Shown here piece after piece: positions 19,116-29,407 of a stretch of DNA of 64,000 nt. A program made the position numbers and the translations under genes. Positions within the stretch are counted from its first letter, which is position 1. Each line of letters begins with the position of its first letter. Under the pieces are notes generated by a model that made no database searches, was not told the DNA's origin, and saw only the letters and a program-made list of their open reading frames with translations. Source of the stretch: Spirochaetia bacterium (lineage in GTDB: Bacteria > Spirochaetota > Spirochaetia > UBA9216); contig OZ223266.1 in assembly GCA_965140585.1 (NCBI GenBank), positions 64,001 to 128,000 on the forward strand. The letters are read 5' to 3'.

Positions 19116-21068
19116 TTAAAATTCTTCGAAAAGCATGTCTGTGTCATCTTCATTTATCTGATTAACCTTTTTCACAGGTGTGATTTTTACGGGGACTGCC
19201 AGTCTTGCTGTTTGATTATCCTTCTGCCCTGCAGTGTTATCATTTAATGATTTATCAACTTCTGGCGATTTCTTCCCCGCTGCATTATTTCTAATTTTAA
19301 AGAATGATATTAGTTTCCCAAGGTTTTCAGCCTGAGTATACAGTTCTTCGGCCATAGCAAGAGACTCTTCCGCTGAGGCTGCATTAGACTGAATAACCTG
19401 GTCCAGCTGCATTATGACAGTACTTATCTGCTGTGCTCCTGTTGACTGCTCAAGACTGGTGGCTGATATTTCCTGGACAAGATCGGCGGTCTTTCTTATA
19501 TTTGGAATCATTTCAGAAATTACTGCTCCTGCATGTTCAGCCTTCTTAACACTTTCATTTGCTATTTCAAATATCTCTGTTGAGGCCTTCTGGCTGTTGG
19601 CCGCAAGTTTGCCAACTTCGGCAGCTACAACGGCAAAACCTTTTCCATATTCTCCCGCCCTGGCAGCTTCTATTGCCGCGTTAAGAGAGAGCAGGTTTGT
19701 CTGTCTTGCTATTTCATCAATTACTTTTATTTTCTCAGCAATATTTCTCATCGCCTCAACTGTTTCGCTTACAGCCAAACCTCCGGCATCCGCATCTTCA
19801 GCGGCCTGAGCTCCAATTCTTTCAGTCTGATATGCATTGTCTTTGTTCTGGTCGATTGAACTGCTGATTTCCTCAATCGATGATGAGACTTCTTCTGATA
19901 TTGATGCCTGCTCGGTGGCTCCCTGTGACAGCTGTTCTGATGTAGACGTCAGCTGTGAGCTTCCCCTTGATACAATTTCAGATGCTTCCATTACTTCTAG
20001 AACTATTTCATTGAGCTTTTTTATCAGGTCATTAAAAGAGCCGGCAAGCTCTCCTGTTTCATCCTTCCTTTTAAGCATACGTTCGTCAAAATCAATTTTA
20101 AGATCACCTTCTGAAAGAAGATTTGCATATCCTGCCGTAATCCGTATCGGTGAGACTATCGAACGTGAAATTAGAAAAATAACTATAAATCCGATTACAA
20201 AACAGAACGCGGTTATTATTATACTGAGCCGGAGAAGTTTTGTTATCACACTGAATATATCTGCATCTTCCGCAGTTACTCCGATTATCCAGCCTGATTC
20301 TGCGCTCTCCTTATAAATATTGGTCTTACTTTCTCCCTTGAATTTTTAATGTATAGTCCCTGTCTTATTGCTGACGATCTCTCTGCCGAAATCATATGTT
20401 TTAAGATCAAATTTGAGCAGCTGTGTTTTATCGGGATATCCAATCATTATACCGTCAGAATCGCTTAAGAAGGCATATCCTGTAGACCCTATTTTGACTG
20501 AATCAAGGTAGTTGGTATTGAAGTATGTCTGATCAATTACTGCAAAGAATACTGCAGTTATTTTTCCATCGATTATGATGGGGGTTGCCGTACCGAAAAC
20601 CGGATTTTCTGTAACCTTGCTCATAATGACTGCCCCTGCAGCTGTCTTTCCCTGCATAGCGAGTTTAAAATAATCCCTGTCAGCAATCGAAACTTTGTTT
20701 ATAAGAGCCTCATTGTCACTGGCAATAATCATTCCGCTGATGTCTGCAATCCCCAGGCTTTCATACTCCTCTCTTCCTTTTTTAATCTTATTCAGTTCTA
20801 AAACAGCACGGCTGAACAATTCATCTGTTCTGCCCTCTATGAATTCTGTAAATATTGTGTTTGTACTGAAAATGGACACATCATTTTTTGATTTAACATA
20901 GTATGAATCCAGATCCCGCAGAAGCATATCTGCAACCTGATTCATTTCACTCTCAATAATACGCCTGATTTCACCCTTGAAATTTGAGTATAGAATTAAT
21001 GAGATGGCGGACATGCCTATAATCAGAATAAGACTGGTAGGAATTAGTATCTTTTCTTTGAGTTTCAT
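19116..21068 (-). pseudogene. Methyl-accepting chemotaxis protein (dCache-HAMP-MCP) with one in-frame stop at 20346-20348
   Basis: The two ORFs share a frame: …[27 protein letters not shown]…. dCache motif ADRDYF; MCP motif [21 protein letters not shown]. Confidence 0.85.
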
Positions 21069-21371
21069 CTTTATATTCTCCCTGTTGAAAATCTGTTGTA
21101 AAAAGTAATGCTTGACTGTTGCTAAACATCAGCGAGACTTTAATCACTTTTGATAGCTATGGTAAATTCTATGATTTAGTTTCGGGAAAGCAAGAAAAAA
21201 TTATTTTTTCCAAGTTTTGTGTTTAATTATAATATCAGAAAGATAGTCTGTACGATGCATATCTATTGTGCAATTCCACATGAAACATGCTTTTATAGCC
21301 ATTGATGACTCAATAATTTCTCATAGATTAATACTCCGGCTTGATAACAGTCTCTTTTTATGAGATTATAC

Positions 21372-21515
21372 ACTGTACATTTCAATGGAAGCGAGGTGTA
21401 AATCCTCCGCGGACCCGCCACTGTAATTGGCATTAGTCCCGTCTATACCACTGTGCGCAAGCATGGGAAGGTTCGGGATATCCGGATATGCCATAAGTCA
21501 GGAAACATTGGTGTA
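21372..21515 (+). ncRNA. Cobalamin riboswitch (ends approximate)
   Basis: ggaa-gcgaggtgtaaatcctc (T-loop hairpin), cccgccactgtaa, ccactg…gggaagg and the B12 box aagtcaggaaac occur in canonical order upstream of a btuB operon. Confidence 0.9.
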
Positions 21516-21592
21516 ACACCCAACTTTATTATTTGGCTTCGAGGACTGAGCCGGATTTACCTGATACTATTTTTCGTATAACTAGTAAGGTA

Positions 21593-21620
21593 TTCTCCGC
21601 TTTTCCTTTGAAAAGGAGAA
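21593..21620 (+). promoter_or_regulatory. Hairpin sequestering the RBS (riboswitch expression platform)
   Basis: ttctcc-gc-ttttc…gaaaa-ggagaa pairs over the AGGAG that precedes ATG 21625. Confidence 0.65.
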
Positions 21621-21624
21621 ACAA

Positions 21625-22140
21625 ATGAAACAGAAAAAACTATTTAAGACACTAGCAATGCTGCTTGCCCTTTCCGTGATCATTCTTTCATCAACCGGGT
21701 GCAGCGATGTCCTGGGCTTTTTAACCGAACCTTCCCTGATAGGGGAATGGGATGCCGGTTATGGCACTACCTGGACTTTCAGCTCTGATTCTACTTTTGC
21801 CGAGGATGATTCCAGTGCCTTCGACTGGGATTACAGCGGCGATATCGTCAAGTACAGCAATATCACATACAATGATGAATCTGAGAATCCGGATGATGCG
21901 GATAATTACGGGTACCTCCTGATTAAGTATACAGCTCACTTAGAATCCTCTTATGTGGATACTTACTCGGTTATCCGATGGTATAACCTGCAGACCGTAG
22001 ATGGAGTAACAACTGTACAGTACTCTGAAGGGTTTAAGTTCGGTGCAGATAAAATAACCGATCCTGATGAAGCTCTTGCAACTATTACAGAAGCGAATGG
22101 GTACTTCAGTATTTTCTCTACCCTGACTCTTTCAGAGTAA
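21625..22140 (+). CDS. Lipoprotein of unknown family, first gene of the B12 operon
   Basis: Signal peptide with lipobox SSTG-C. Acidic and aromatic-rich, with a beta-strand pattern. Strong RBS. Confidence 0.75.
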   Translation: MKQKKLFKTLAMLLALSVIILSSTGCSDVLGFLTEPSLIGEWDAGYGTTWTFSSDSTFAEDDSSAFDWDYSGDIVKYSNITYNDESENPDDADNYGYLLIKYTAHLESSYVDTYSVIRWYNLQTVDGVTTVQYSEGFKFGADKITDPDEALATITEANGYFSIFSTLTLSE

Positions 22141-22152
22141 CGGGTTCTGATT

Positions 22153-23178
22153 ATGCCGGTAACAAAAAAACAATTTTTTAATTTTTTCCGCTTTATTGTT
22201 CCGGTTTTCTTGCTTGTATTTACTTCAGGATGCGGGGGCTATCCGGATGGTCCTTACAGCCCTGATACAGATGATGCAGCATCAGGTCCCTGGGAAGAGG
22301 TTCTGGCAGGTGATTCCGGGTATCCGGACAATGTTTATCTGACCGCGGTGCTTGACTGGGAATTCGGACAGGTAGGGGAAGTCAGAGTCTCCGATTCTCC
22401 TGATTATTACAATTCAGAAAGGTATCCGCTTGACAGCACTGCGGAAGGAGCCTGCGGCCCTCCTGAGGGTTCTGTAGCCGTTTGGAGTTCAAAAGCTGAT
22501 ATGACAGTTCTTGGTGAAGGCGGCTGGGGAATTTGGCAGTTTGATGCCGACTGGGTTATTGTTGACGGCGAGGGAGATGATTTTGTGACATTCTCAAATC
22601 ACAACCTTCTAAGCGGTGTCGCCGACGGTTCATGGAATGAGCTTGCATATGTATGGGTTGCTGAAACTTACGATCCTGATAATCCGGAAGGTACTGTCTG
22701 GTATAAAAGTTCGGCTGAAACATATGTTGTTAATACTTCTCCCGGAACAATAAATGATAACTACGACTGGTCTGAGGTTTCAGGTCTGCATGGAAACAAT
22801 CACACCTGGGCAAATTTCAGAGATGAGATAGAGGCTGAAGAGCTTGATTCCAATGAGCGCTATCAGGAGGTAACTGATTCTGAAGGGAATCAGGTATATG
22901 TATCACGTTACTTCAGTCCGAATCCGGATGATCCCGGGTATGAGTCTTATCCATATATAGGCGGTGATTATTTTGATCTGGCTGATTTTTATACTGTCAA
23001 TGAGTCAAACTCGTCATGGCCTGATGGTGAATCTTCCTGGCCGTCCAATGGTAAAATGCGGTACATTCGTTTTGAAGATGCTCCCGAGGCCCTAGACGGT
23101 CAGGACTGTAGGCCAGTCTGGATGACAGGTGCCAGGATAATGGCGGCAATGGGGATTAATGTTGAAGAAGCTCCCTGA
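22153..23178 (+). CDS. Lipoprotein, putative BtuH-like corrinoid-binding domain
   Basis: Lipobox FTSG-C. Motif series LGEGGWGIWQFD…DGEGDDFVTFSN…ELAYVWV…WY…GGDYFDLAD…RYIRFED. Confidence 0.55.
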   Translation: MPVTKKQFFNFFRFIVPVFLLVFTSGCGGYPDGPYSPDTDDAASGPWEEVLAGDSGYPDNVYLTAVLDWEFGQVGEVRVSDSPDYYNSERYPLDSTAEGACGPPEGSVAVWSSKADMTVLGEGGWGIWQFDADWVIVDGEGDDFVTFSNHNLLSGVADGSWNELAYVWVAETYDPDNPEGTVWYKSSAETYVVNTSPGTINDNYDWSEVSGLHGNNHTWANFRDEIEAEELDSNERYQEVTDSEGNQVYVSRYFSPNPDDPGYESYPYIGGDYFDLADFYTVNESNSSWPDGESSWPSNGKMRYIRFEDAPEALDGQDCRPVWMTGARIMAAMGINVEEAP

Positions 23179-25189
23179 TTTTATTTTTATTCTGATCCTT
23201 TTCACCTTATCGCTATCTCATCTGTTCGCCCAGGATGATCAAGCCATTGGATACGAAATATCCGCTGATGATACCTATACATATGAGGGTGAGGTCGTCA
23301 TTGAAGACAGCGCTGTCGACGAGGAAAAGCTCATTACTCCAGGTCAGGTTTCTGTAATTGACCGCGAAGACATTGAAACAAGCGGAGCCCGAACTGTTGC
23401 CGAGGCTGTTGAGCAGGTGCCGGGAGTTGTAATTGCCAAACAGGGCGGGGTGCTTGAACCGGTTAAGATAAGCATCAGGGGCAGCACCGACGCACAGGTA
23501 CTTATCCTTATTGATGGCAAACCCTCAGCTTCGGTCTGGAGCGGTGCCTCCGACCTCGGCGGAATCCGGCTTGAAAATGTCGAACGCATTGAAGTGATAC
23601 GCGGAGCCGGAGCAGCTATGTACGGCGACGGTGCATTCAGCGGAGTAATCAACATAATCACCAGAGAGCCTGAAAAAAAGCATTTAACAGCTGAGGCTTC
23701 TTACGGCTACGGTGCCTGGAATACGCATCTGCTTAATGCCTTAATATCCGGCCCTTTGTTCGGCGAAAGCGGTTTCGATGTATCCATATCCGGCGGCGGA
23801 TTGTATACCGGCGGAAACTATGAATACAGTTCGCAGGAAGGCAGTTTAGTACGTGAGAATAACAGCGGCTGGAGCGCCGGAGGATCCGGAGTTTTTAACT
23901 GGGTAGAACCTGAAGAGTCTATGATTTCAGTCTCTGCCGATACAGTATTTGACTATACGAACCGCGGAGTTCCGGGAATCTCAGAGTTCCTGACGCCTGA
24001 AGCAGAAATTACAGAGCGCACTGCCGGTATCTCACTTAATGGAACTCTGGACACCGAAGCTTCCGGGGCTTTTTTCATTTCTGCATCCCTTGATAATCTG
24101 TACAGCAACTATATCAATCCTGAAGATGATGTAAATAACATCAACGACAATACTTCGATAGCCTCTGAATTCTCCTGGCAGATTTTTCAGGAAACAGGAG
24201 CACTTCTTCTGGATTATAAGGCAGGCCTGAAATATTCATTCGATTACCTGTATTCGAACGCCCTCTCCGACAGTACACTCTCTGCAGTTGACGGTAATGC
24301 CTCGCAGCACTCGGGCAGCAGCTGGCTTAATCTAACCGCTGAATACGGCAGTTTCGATCTGATTCCTGCGGTTCGATATGATTTTGATTACAGCACGTAT
24401 GCAGGATACGGCGATATCTTCAACAATTTCTTCTCATGGTCTGCGGCAGCCGGATATTCGCCATTCAGGACTGAAACCGCTGAAGGTCCGCTTTATCTAA
24501 AACTGAATGCTGGTACCGGATACAACAGTCCGTCTTTCCGTGATCTTTTCTGGCCCTCCGGCTCATTCGCTTCCGGTAATCCCGATCTGGAACCCGAAAC
24601 AAGCTTCAGCTGGGATGCGGGACTGTATCTTAATCTGGATGAATCAGGATTAAGTCTTGAAGCTGTATTCTTTCATTCCGATCTTGAGAACCTTATACAG
24701 TGGATGCCGTCCGCGGGCGGTATCTGGCGTCCCCGTAATATCGGGCTTGCAGAAAATTACGGAATAGAGACCTCTGCGTCATGGCTGTACGAACCAGTTA
24801 TCATTCCGATCCTTTTTGATCTGACTGCAGCCTACAGCTGGCTGAACTGTGTAGATGCAGATGAGACCTCGGTAAATCTCGGTAAACAGCTTGCCTACCG
24901 GCCCGGGCATACAGCCGATATTTCACTGCGCCTGACTGATGAATTCGATGATACTCTCGAGATCGGCGGATCATTTATCAGCTACAGGTATACGAATAAT
25001 TCAAACACAAAGGCTCTTGATGCAGCCTTTATCCTGTCGGCAGCCCTGAATGTTAATATCGGAGAGAGTTTCAGGCTTTCGGCAATTGCGGACAACATTA
25101 CAAATATCGAATATATCGACCGGCTCGGCTATCCCGTGCCCGGATTTGAATGGACCATAAAGGGTAAATACTACTATGAAAATAAATAG
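23159..25189 (+). CDS. btuB: TonB-dependent cobalamin receptor
   Basis: Plug motifs VSVIDREDIE, VPGV, ISIRGS, VLILIDG and VERIEVIRG…YG.GA..GVINIIT; GNPDLEPETS; C-terminal GYPVPG. Riboswitch context. Confidence 0.85.
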   Translation: MLKKLPDFIFILILFTLSLSHLFAQDDQAIGYEISADDTYTYEGEVVIEDSAVDEEKLITPGQVSVIDREDIETSGARTVAEAVEQVPGVVIAKQGGVLEPVKISIRGSTDAQVLILIDGKPSASVWSGASDLGGIRLENVERIEVIRGAGAAMYGDGAFSGVINIITREPEKKHLTAEASYGYGAWNTHLLNALISGPLFGESGFDVSISGGGLYTGGNYEYSSQEGSLVRENNSGWSAGGSGVFNWVEPEESMISVSADTVFDYTNRGVPGISEFLTPEAEITERTAGISLNGTLDTEASGAFFISASLDNLYSNYINPEDDVNNINDNTSIASEFSWQIFQETGALLLDYKAGLKYSFDYLYSNALSDSTLSAVDGNASQHSGSSWLNLTAEYGSFDLIPAVRYDFDYSTYAGYGDIFNNFFSWSAAAGYSPFRTETAEGPLYLKLNAGTGYNSPSFRDLFWPSGSFASGNPDLEPETSFSWDAGLYLNLDESGLSLEAVFFHSDLENLIQWMPSAGGIWRPRNIGLAENYGIETSASWLYEPVIIPILFDLTAAYSWLNCVDADETSVNLGKQLAYRPGHTADISLRLTDEFDDTLEIGGSFISYRYTNNSNTKALDAAFILSAALNVNIGESFRLSAIADNITNIEYIDRLGYPVPGFEWTIKGKYYYENK

Positions 25190-26657
25190 ATCCGGAGCTG
25201 GAATCAGCTGCGTAGGAGCGATTATATCTGCATTGATTTTGTTAATCACCTTATCCTGTACGCCTGTTTATGATACCGAATATCAGGCTTTTTTTGCAGC
25301 AGATGTTCAAAGATGCCTCTATATACTGAACGGCTCGGCTGAAAATCTGAGCGGACTGGATCTTGATGAAGGTGAAATATATAACTCACTGCAGACTGTC
25401 GGATACTATAACAGCAGCAGTGCCGTTCCCAATGACATCTATCAGTATGGCGGAAGACTCTATGTAATTCTGTCAGGTCAGAATTCCATTGAAGCATATG
25501 ATGCCGGTGAATCCGCCGATGATCAGCTTCTGGACTACCTGACTGATTACAGGCATTATTTTAAAAACGGCTACAATCCGATGTATTTCATACCTGTTGA
25601 CGGAACCTCATGGGTTTTTGTTTCCGGATACAAGACTGATGAAGTACAGCTTGTTAACCTTGATGATACTGAGACTGGCTACAGTTTTACCGCCTGCTTT
25701 GAAGAGGTTGATGATTCTTCATTTACACATTCCGAAATCCAGACAACGCCGACTATAAAAAATGCAACAGGCGATAATAAAAAACGGGGCTCTACATCAG
25801 GCTCTGTTTATATCGACGGAAGTACAGGCTGGCTCTATGTTACCAATGTCCGCTATGATGCGGGAATCCTGCTGACCGAAGGTGATACCCTTGCAGAGTA
25901 CAGCGGAAGCAATGTTCAGGCGCCGGGAGAGTTCCGTGAAGCTACATTAAGTATCTTCAGTTTCAACGCTTCGGCACTTACCGACGGAGCTTCTGAATCT
26001 TCGATAAACCTTCAGCTGGTGTCGGAAGTAAATCTTGAGGATTTTTATTATAGCGCTGCCGGTGGTCAGTACTTTCCGGGAAACGGACTTAACCCCCAGT
26101 CTTCATTTATTCACAACGGCCTGCTGAGCATAGTCTGCACCGGAACCAACGGCGGTTCTGTATCTTATTTCTCAGACTCTGAATACCTGCCGTACCTGTC
26201 CGGCTCAACAACCGTGCGGTATGAGGTCGGCGCTGAAAAACCCGGCACCAATCCCGACGACGGTGTAATTCTTGTCCTTGATTTAAGCAGTCCGGAAGTT
26301 CCTGTCTATGCGGGGCATCTGGATATCGGTGGTTCACCGGTAATGTTCCGGGAATCCGTTGATGAATCGGGACAGACAGTCTACCTTGCCGGGGTAGGGG
26401 GGATTCAGTCTTTTAAATACGGAAACGGTTTTTCCAGCTTTTCAGTGCTTCATTCATCCGATAACATGATAATCGAAGCTGAGAATTCCGCATATGACTA
26501 TTATTCAGGTCTGAGTTATGATGAGAATGATGATCTACTTTATATCAGTTTTTTCAGTGAAGACAAAATAGTGGCTGTAACCCCGCAGGGAGTCTCTGCG
26601 GGTTCATGGATTTCCGGGGATGGACCCGGTGCTTTATTAATATATAACAAAGAATAA
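25176..26657 (+). CDS. Lipoprotein, putative beta-propeller (BtuG/YncE-like)
   Basis: Lipobox ITLS-C. Repeated blade-like motifs LYILNG…, PNDIYQYGGRLYVILSGQNSIEAYD, WLYVTN, LNPQS and LLYIS. Confidence 0.6.
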   Translation: MKINRSGAGISCVGAIISALILLITLSCTPVYDTEYQAFFAADVQRCLYILNGSAENLSGLDLDEGEIYNSLQTVGYYNSSSAVPNDIYQYGGRLYVILSGQNSIEAYDAGESADDQLLDYLTDYRHYFKNGYNPMYFIPVDGTSWVFVSGYKTDEVQLVNLDDTETGYSFTACFEEVDDSSFTHSEIQTTPTIKNATGDNKKRGSTSGSVYIDGSTGWLYVTNVRYDAGILLTEGDTLAEYSGSNVQAPGEFREATLSIFSFNASALTDGASESSINLQLVSEVNLEDFYYSAAGGQYFPGNGLNPQSSFIHNGLLSIVCTGTNGGSVSYFSDSEYLPYLSGSTTVRYEVGAEKPGTNPDDGVILVLDLSSPEVPVYAGHLDIGGSPVMFRESVDESGQTVYLAGVGGIQSFKYGNGFSSFSVLHSSDNMIIEAENSAYDYYSGLSYDENDDLLYISFFSEDKIVAVTPQGVSAGSWISGDGPGALLIYNKE

Positions 26658-26659
26658 TA

Positions 26660-27570
26660 ATGGAGAACATCCTGATGCTGAAAAATAAAACCATTGTCAT
26701 TTTCATCCTTCTTACTATTCTGCCTTTTACAGCTTTCGCCGGTGGCGTCAAAGAAGAGACTACCTTAATGGACAGCCGGTCTGAAACTGAGGCAGGCCCT
26801 GCAGCTGATTCTTCCGGGACTCTCAGGGTCGTTTCTCTGGGCCCTAACATAACTGAAACTATCTTTGCTCTTGGCAAGGGAGATCTTCTTGTCGGAAGGA
26901 CTGATTACTGTGACTACCCTCCAGAGGCATTGAGTATTCAGTCAATAGGCTCAATTCAGGAACCGAATACCGAAATGATAATAGCCCTTGAACCCGATCT
27001 TGCTATTGCCTCTACTCACGGCTCAAAAGCGGCGGGAAACCTTCTGCAGCAGGCCGGTATTGATGTAAGATTTTACTACGCCCTGAAGAATTTGAGGGGC
27101 TTTATGATATAATCGGTAAAATAGGTGCAGACCTTGGAGCTGAAGATTCTGCTGAAAAGCTCATAACCGAATTAGAGGGCAGGTATGACGCCCTTGCTGC
27201 CGGTGTTAAATTGATGGACTCTCATCCTGATGTTTATTATGTTGTCGGCTTCGGTGAAGGCGGCGACTGGACAGCTGGAGGAGACACCTTTATAGGGAAG
27301 ATGATTGAATCGGCAGGCGGAAATAATATAGCTGCAGATGTTTCAGGCTGGTCCTTTTCGCTTGAAGTACTTCTTGAGCGGGATCCTCAAATAATCATAA
27401 TTCCGCTTGGAATGAAAGAATCTTTCTGCGGCTACGGGGTATATTCGCAGCTGACTGCGGTACAGGATGGAAGAGTTTTTGAGCTTGATGAAGACATTAT
27501 TACACGGCAGGGGCCAAGGCTTATTGACGGGCTTGAGTCGCTTCATAATCTGTTTACCTCGGTTCAGTAA
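26660..27570 (+). CDS. btuF: Cobalamin ABC substrate-binding protein, frameshift near 27080
   Basis: RVVSLGPNITETIFALG, VGRTDYCDYP, IIALEPDL; then WTAGGDTFI…AGGNNIA…AVQDGRV…RQGPRL. Confidence 0.85.
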
Positions 27571-27597
27571 GATTGATTTTAATCCGGAGCTTCGCTG

Positions 27598-28618
27598 ATG
27601 TCTAAAAGAACCGCCGTTGTTATTCTGCCTTTTCTTCTGCTTATCTTCCTCATTCCGTTTTCGGCATCATGGGGTGCCGCTGATGTGGGATTTTTAACTG
27701 CGCTTAAAGCTATACTGAACAAAGCCGGAATCACTTCGTTTGATATCCCGCGTTCGGCACTTCTCATTCTTTTTTCAGTCAGGCTTCCCCGTGTACTGCT
27801 CGCAGCATTTGCGGGAGCGGGACTGGCAGCATCCGGTGTTGTCTTTCAGGCGGTATTCCGTAATCCGCTTGCCGAACCATATCTTCTGGGAATCTCTTCC
27901 GGGGCTTCACTCGGTGCTACTGTTGCAATAATATCCGGAGCAGGAATCCTCACTGCCGGCATAGGTATAATATCCGTTTCCGCTTTTATCGGTTCGGTTC
28001 TTACAGTATTTCTCGTTTTCGCTCTGGCCGGAAACCGCCGTGGAGATTTCGGTAAAATGCTTTTGGGAGGCATAGCTATCGGATATATCTTTCAGGCCGG
28101 AATTTCGTTTATGATGATGCTCAACCGCAGTGAGATAGACAGTATTGTAATGTGGATGATGGGAAGTTTTACATCAGCCGGATGGCAGAAGGTAATTCTC
28201 TGCGGCTCTGTTGTCCTTGTCTGCGGCGGCTTTCTTCTGGTCAACTCAAGAAAGCTCAATATAATGTCTCTCGGCAGCACCGAGGCTCACTCCCTGGGGG
28301 TCGATCCTCAGAGTACAGGAGCCTTCTTTCTTATAATAAGCTGTCTTATAATTGCAGCAATAGTTTCAGTATCAGGAATAATCGGATTTATCGGTCTTAT
28401 CGTTTCCCCATCTTATGCGGATGCTTACAGGCCCTGAACACAGCCGCCTGCTTCCAGCTTCCGCAGCTGGGGGAGCCTGCCTTTTGATCCTCTCCGACCT
28501 GGCAGCAAGAATGCTTCTGATACCACAGGAGATTCCCGTCGGAGTCATTACAGCAATTCTGGGAGGCCCCTTCTTCCTTTACATGCTGCGTAAAAGCAGA
28601 AAGGCGGCTGCCTTGTGA
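27598..28618 (+). CDS. btuC: Cobalamin ABC permease (FecCD family), frameshift near 28403
   Basis: RLPRV, QAVFRNPLAEPYLLGISSGA and GIIGFIGLIV; then PHLMR…DLAAR…EIPVGVITAILGGPFF. Confidence 0.9.
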
Positions 28619-29407
28619 TTCTTAATGCGGCTGATGCGGTTTACAGCTATCCTGAGGGCTTTTCTTTGGGGCCTGTTAATTTCTCGGCGGGTGAGGGCTG
28701 TTTCATGGTTATTCTGGGCCCCAATGGTTCCGGAAAATCAACTCTCTTTTCACTGCTCAACGGTCTGATAAAACTTTCCTCGGGAAGTATAAAGGCGGGG
28801 CCGCGTAGTATTTCTGCCATTATTCCGGCCGAGAGAGCAAGGCTTATTGGGAATGATCCCTCAGACGAGTGCAGGGGACTTTGATTATACAGTCCGTGAA
28901 ATGGTGATGATGGGACGCTATCCTTACCAGAGACTTTTCAGTCCTCCCTCGGATGAGGATAACCTGGTTGTAGACAGGGTTCTGGACCAGCTTGATATGA
29001 GTATGCTGTCAGGCCGCTCGGTCCGCCATCTTAGCGGCGGTGAGTATCAGCGTGTACTGCTCGGCCGGGTTCTGGCTCAGCAGACTGACATTCTTCTGCT
29101 TGATGAACCGGGCAACCATCTTGATTTAAAGCATCAGCTGAAAATGCTCGGCTACCTTCGTACAATTGCCGATTCTGGAAAGACTGTGGTTGCTGTGCTG
29201 CACGATCTTAACCAGGCAATGCACTATGCCGATTTCGGAATCATGCTCAAGCAGGGAAAGACTGTAGTCAGCGGTAAGCCCTCCGAATTTATAACTCCTG
29301 CCCTTGTTCATGAGGTTTATGATACCAGGGTAAGTGAATATTTCTGCCCTGAAAACGGCGACCGGATTATCGGTCCGGCATCTGCTGGAGCTTCGGACAA
29401 TGAATAG
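28615..29407 (+). CDS. btuD: Cobalamin ABC ATPase, frameshift near 28850
   Basis: GPNGSGKST; then GRYPY, LSGGEYQRV, LLLDEP and VLHDLN. Confidence 0.9.

Noticed and set aside
20346-20348. Stop-codon recoding or an alternative genetic code
   Set aside because: TAA, TAG and TGA all end intact genes normally in this window, so isolated stops fit mutation or sequencing error.
27075-28860. Programmed frameshifting or phase variation in btuFCD
   Set aside because: The runs are only 3-4 nt with no slippery heptamer, and the directions of shift differ.
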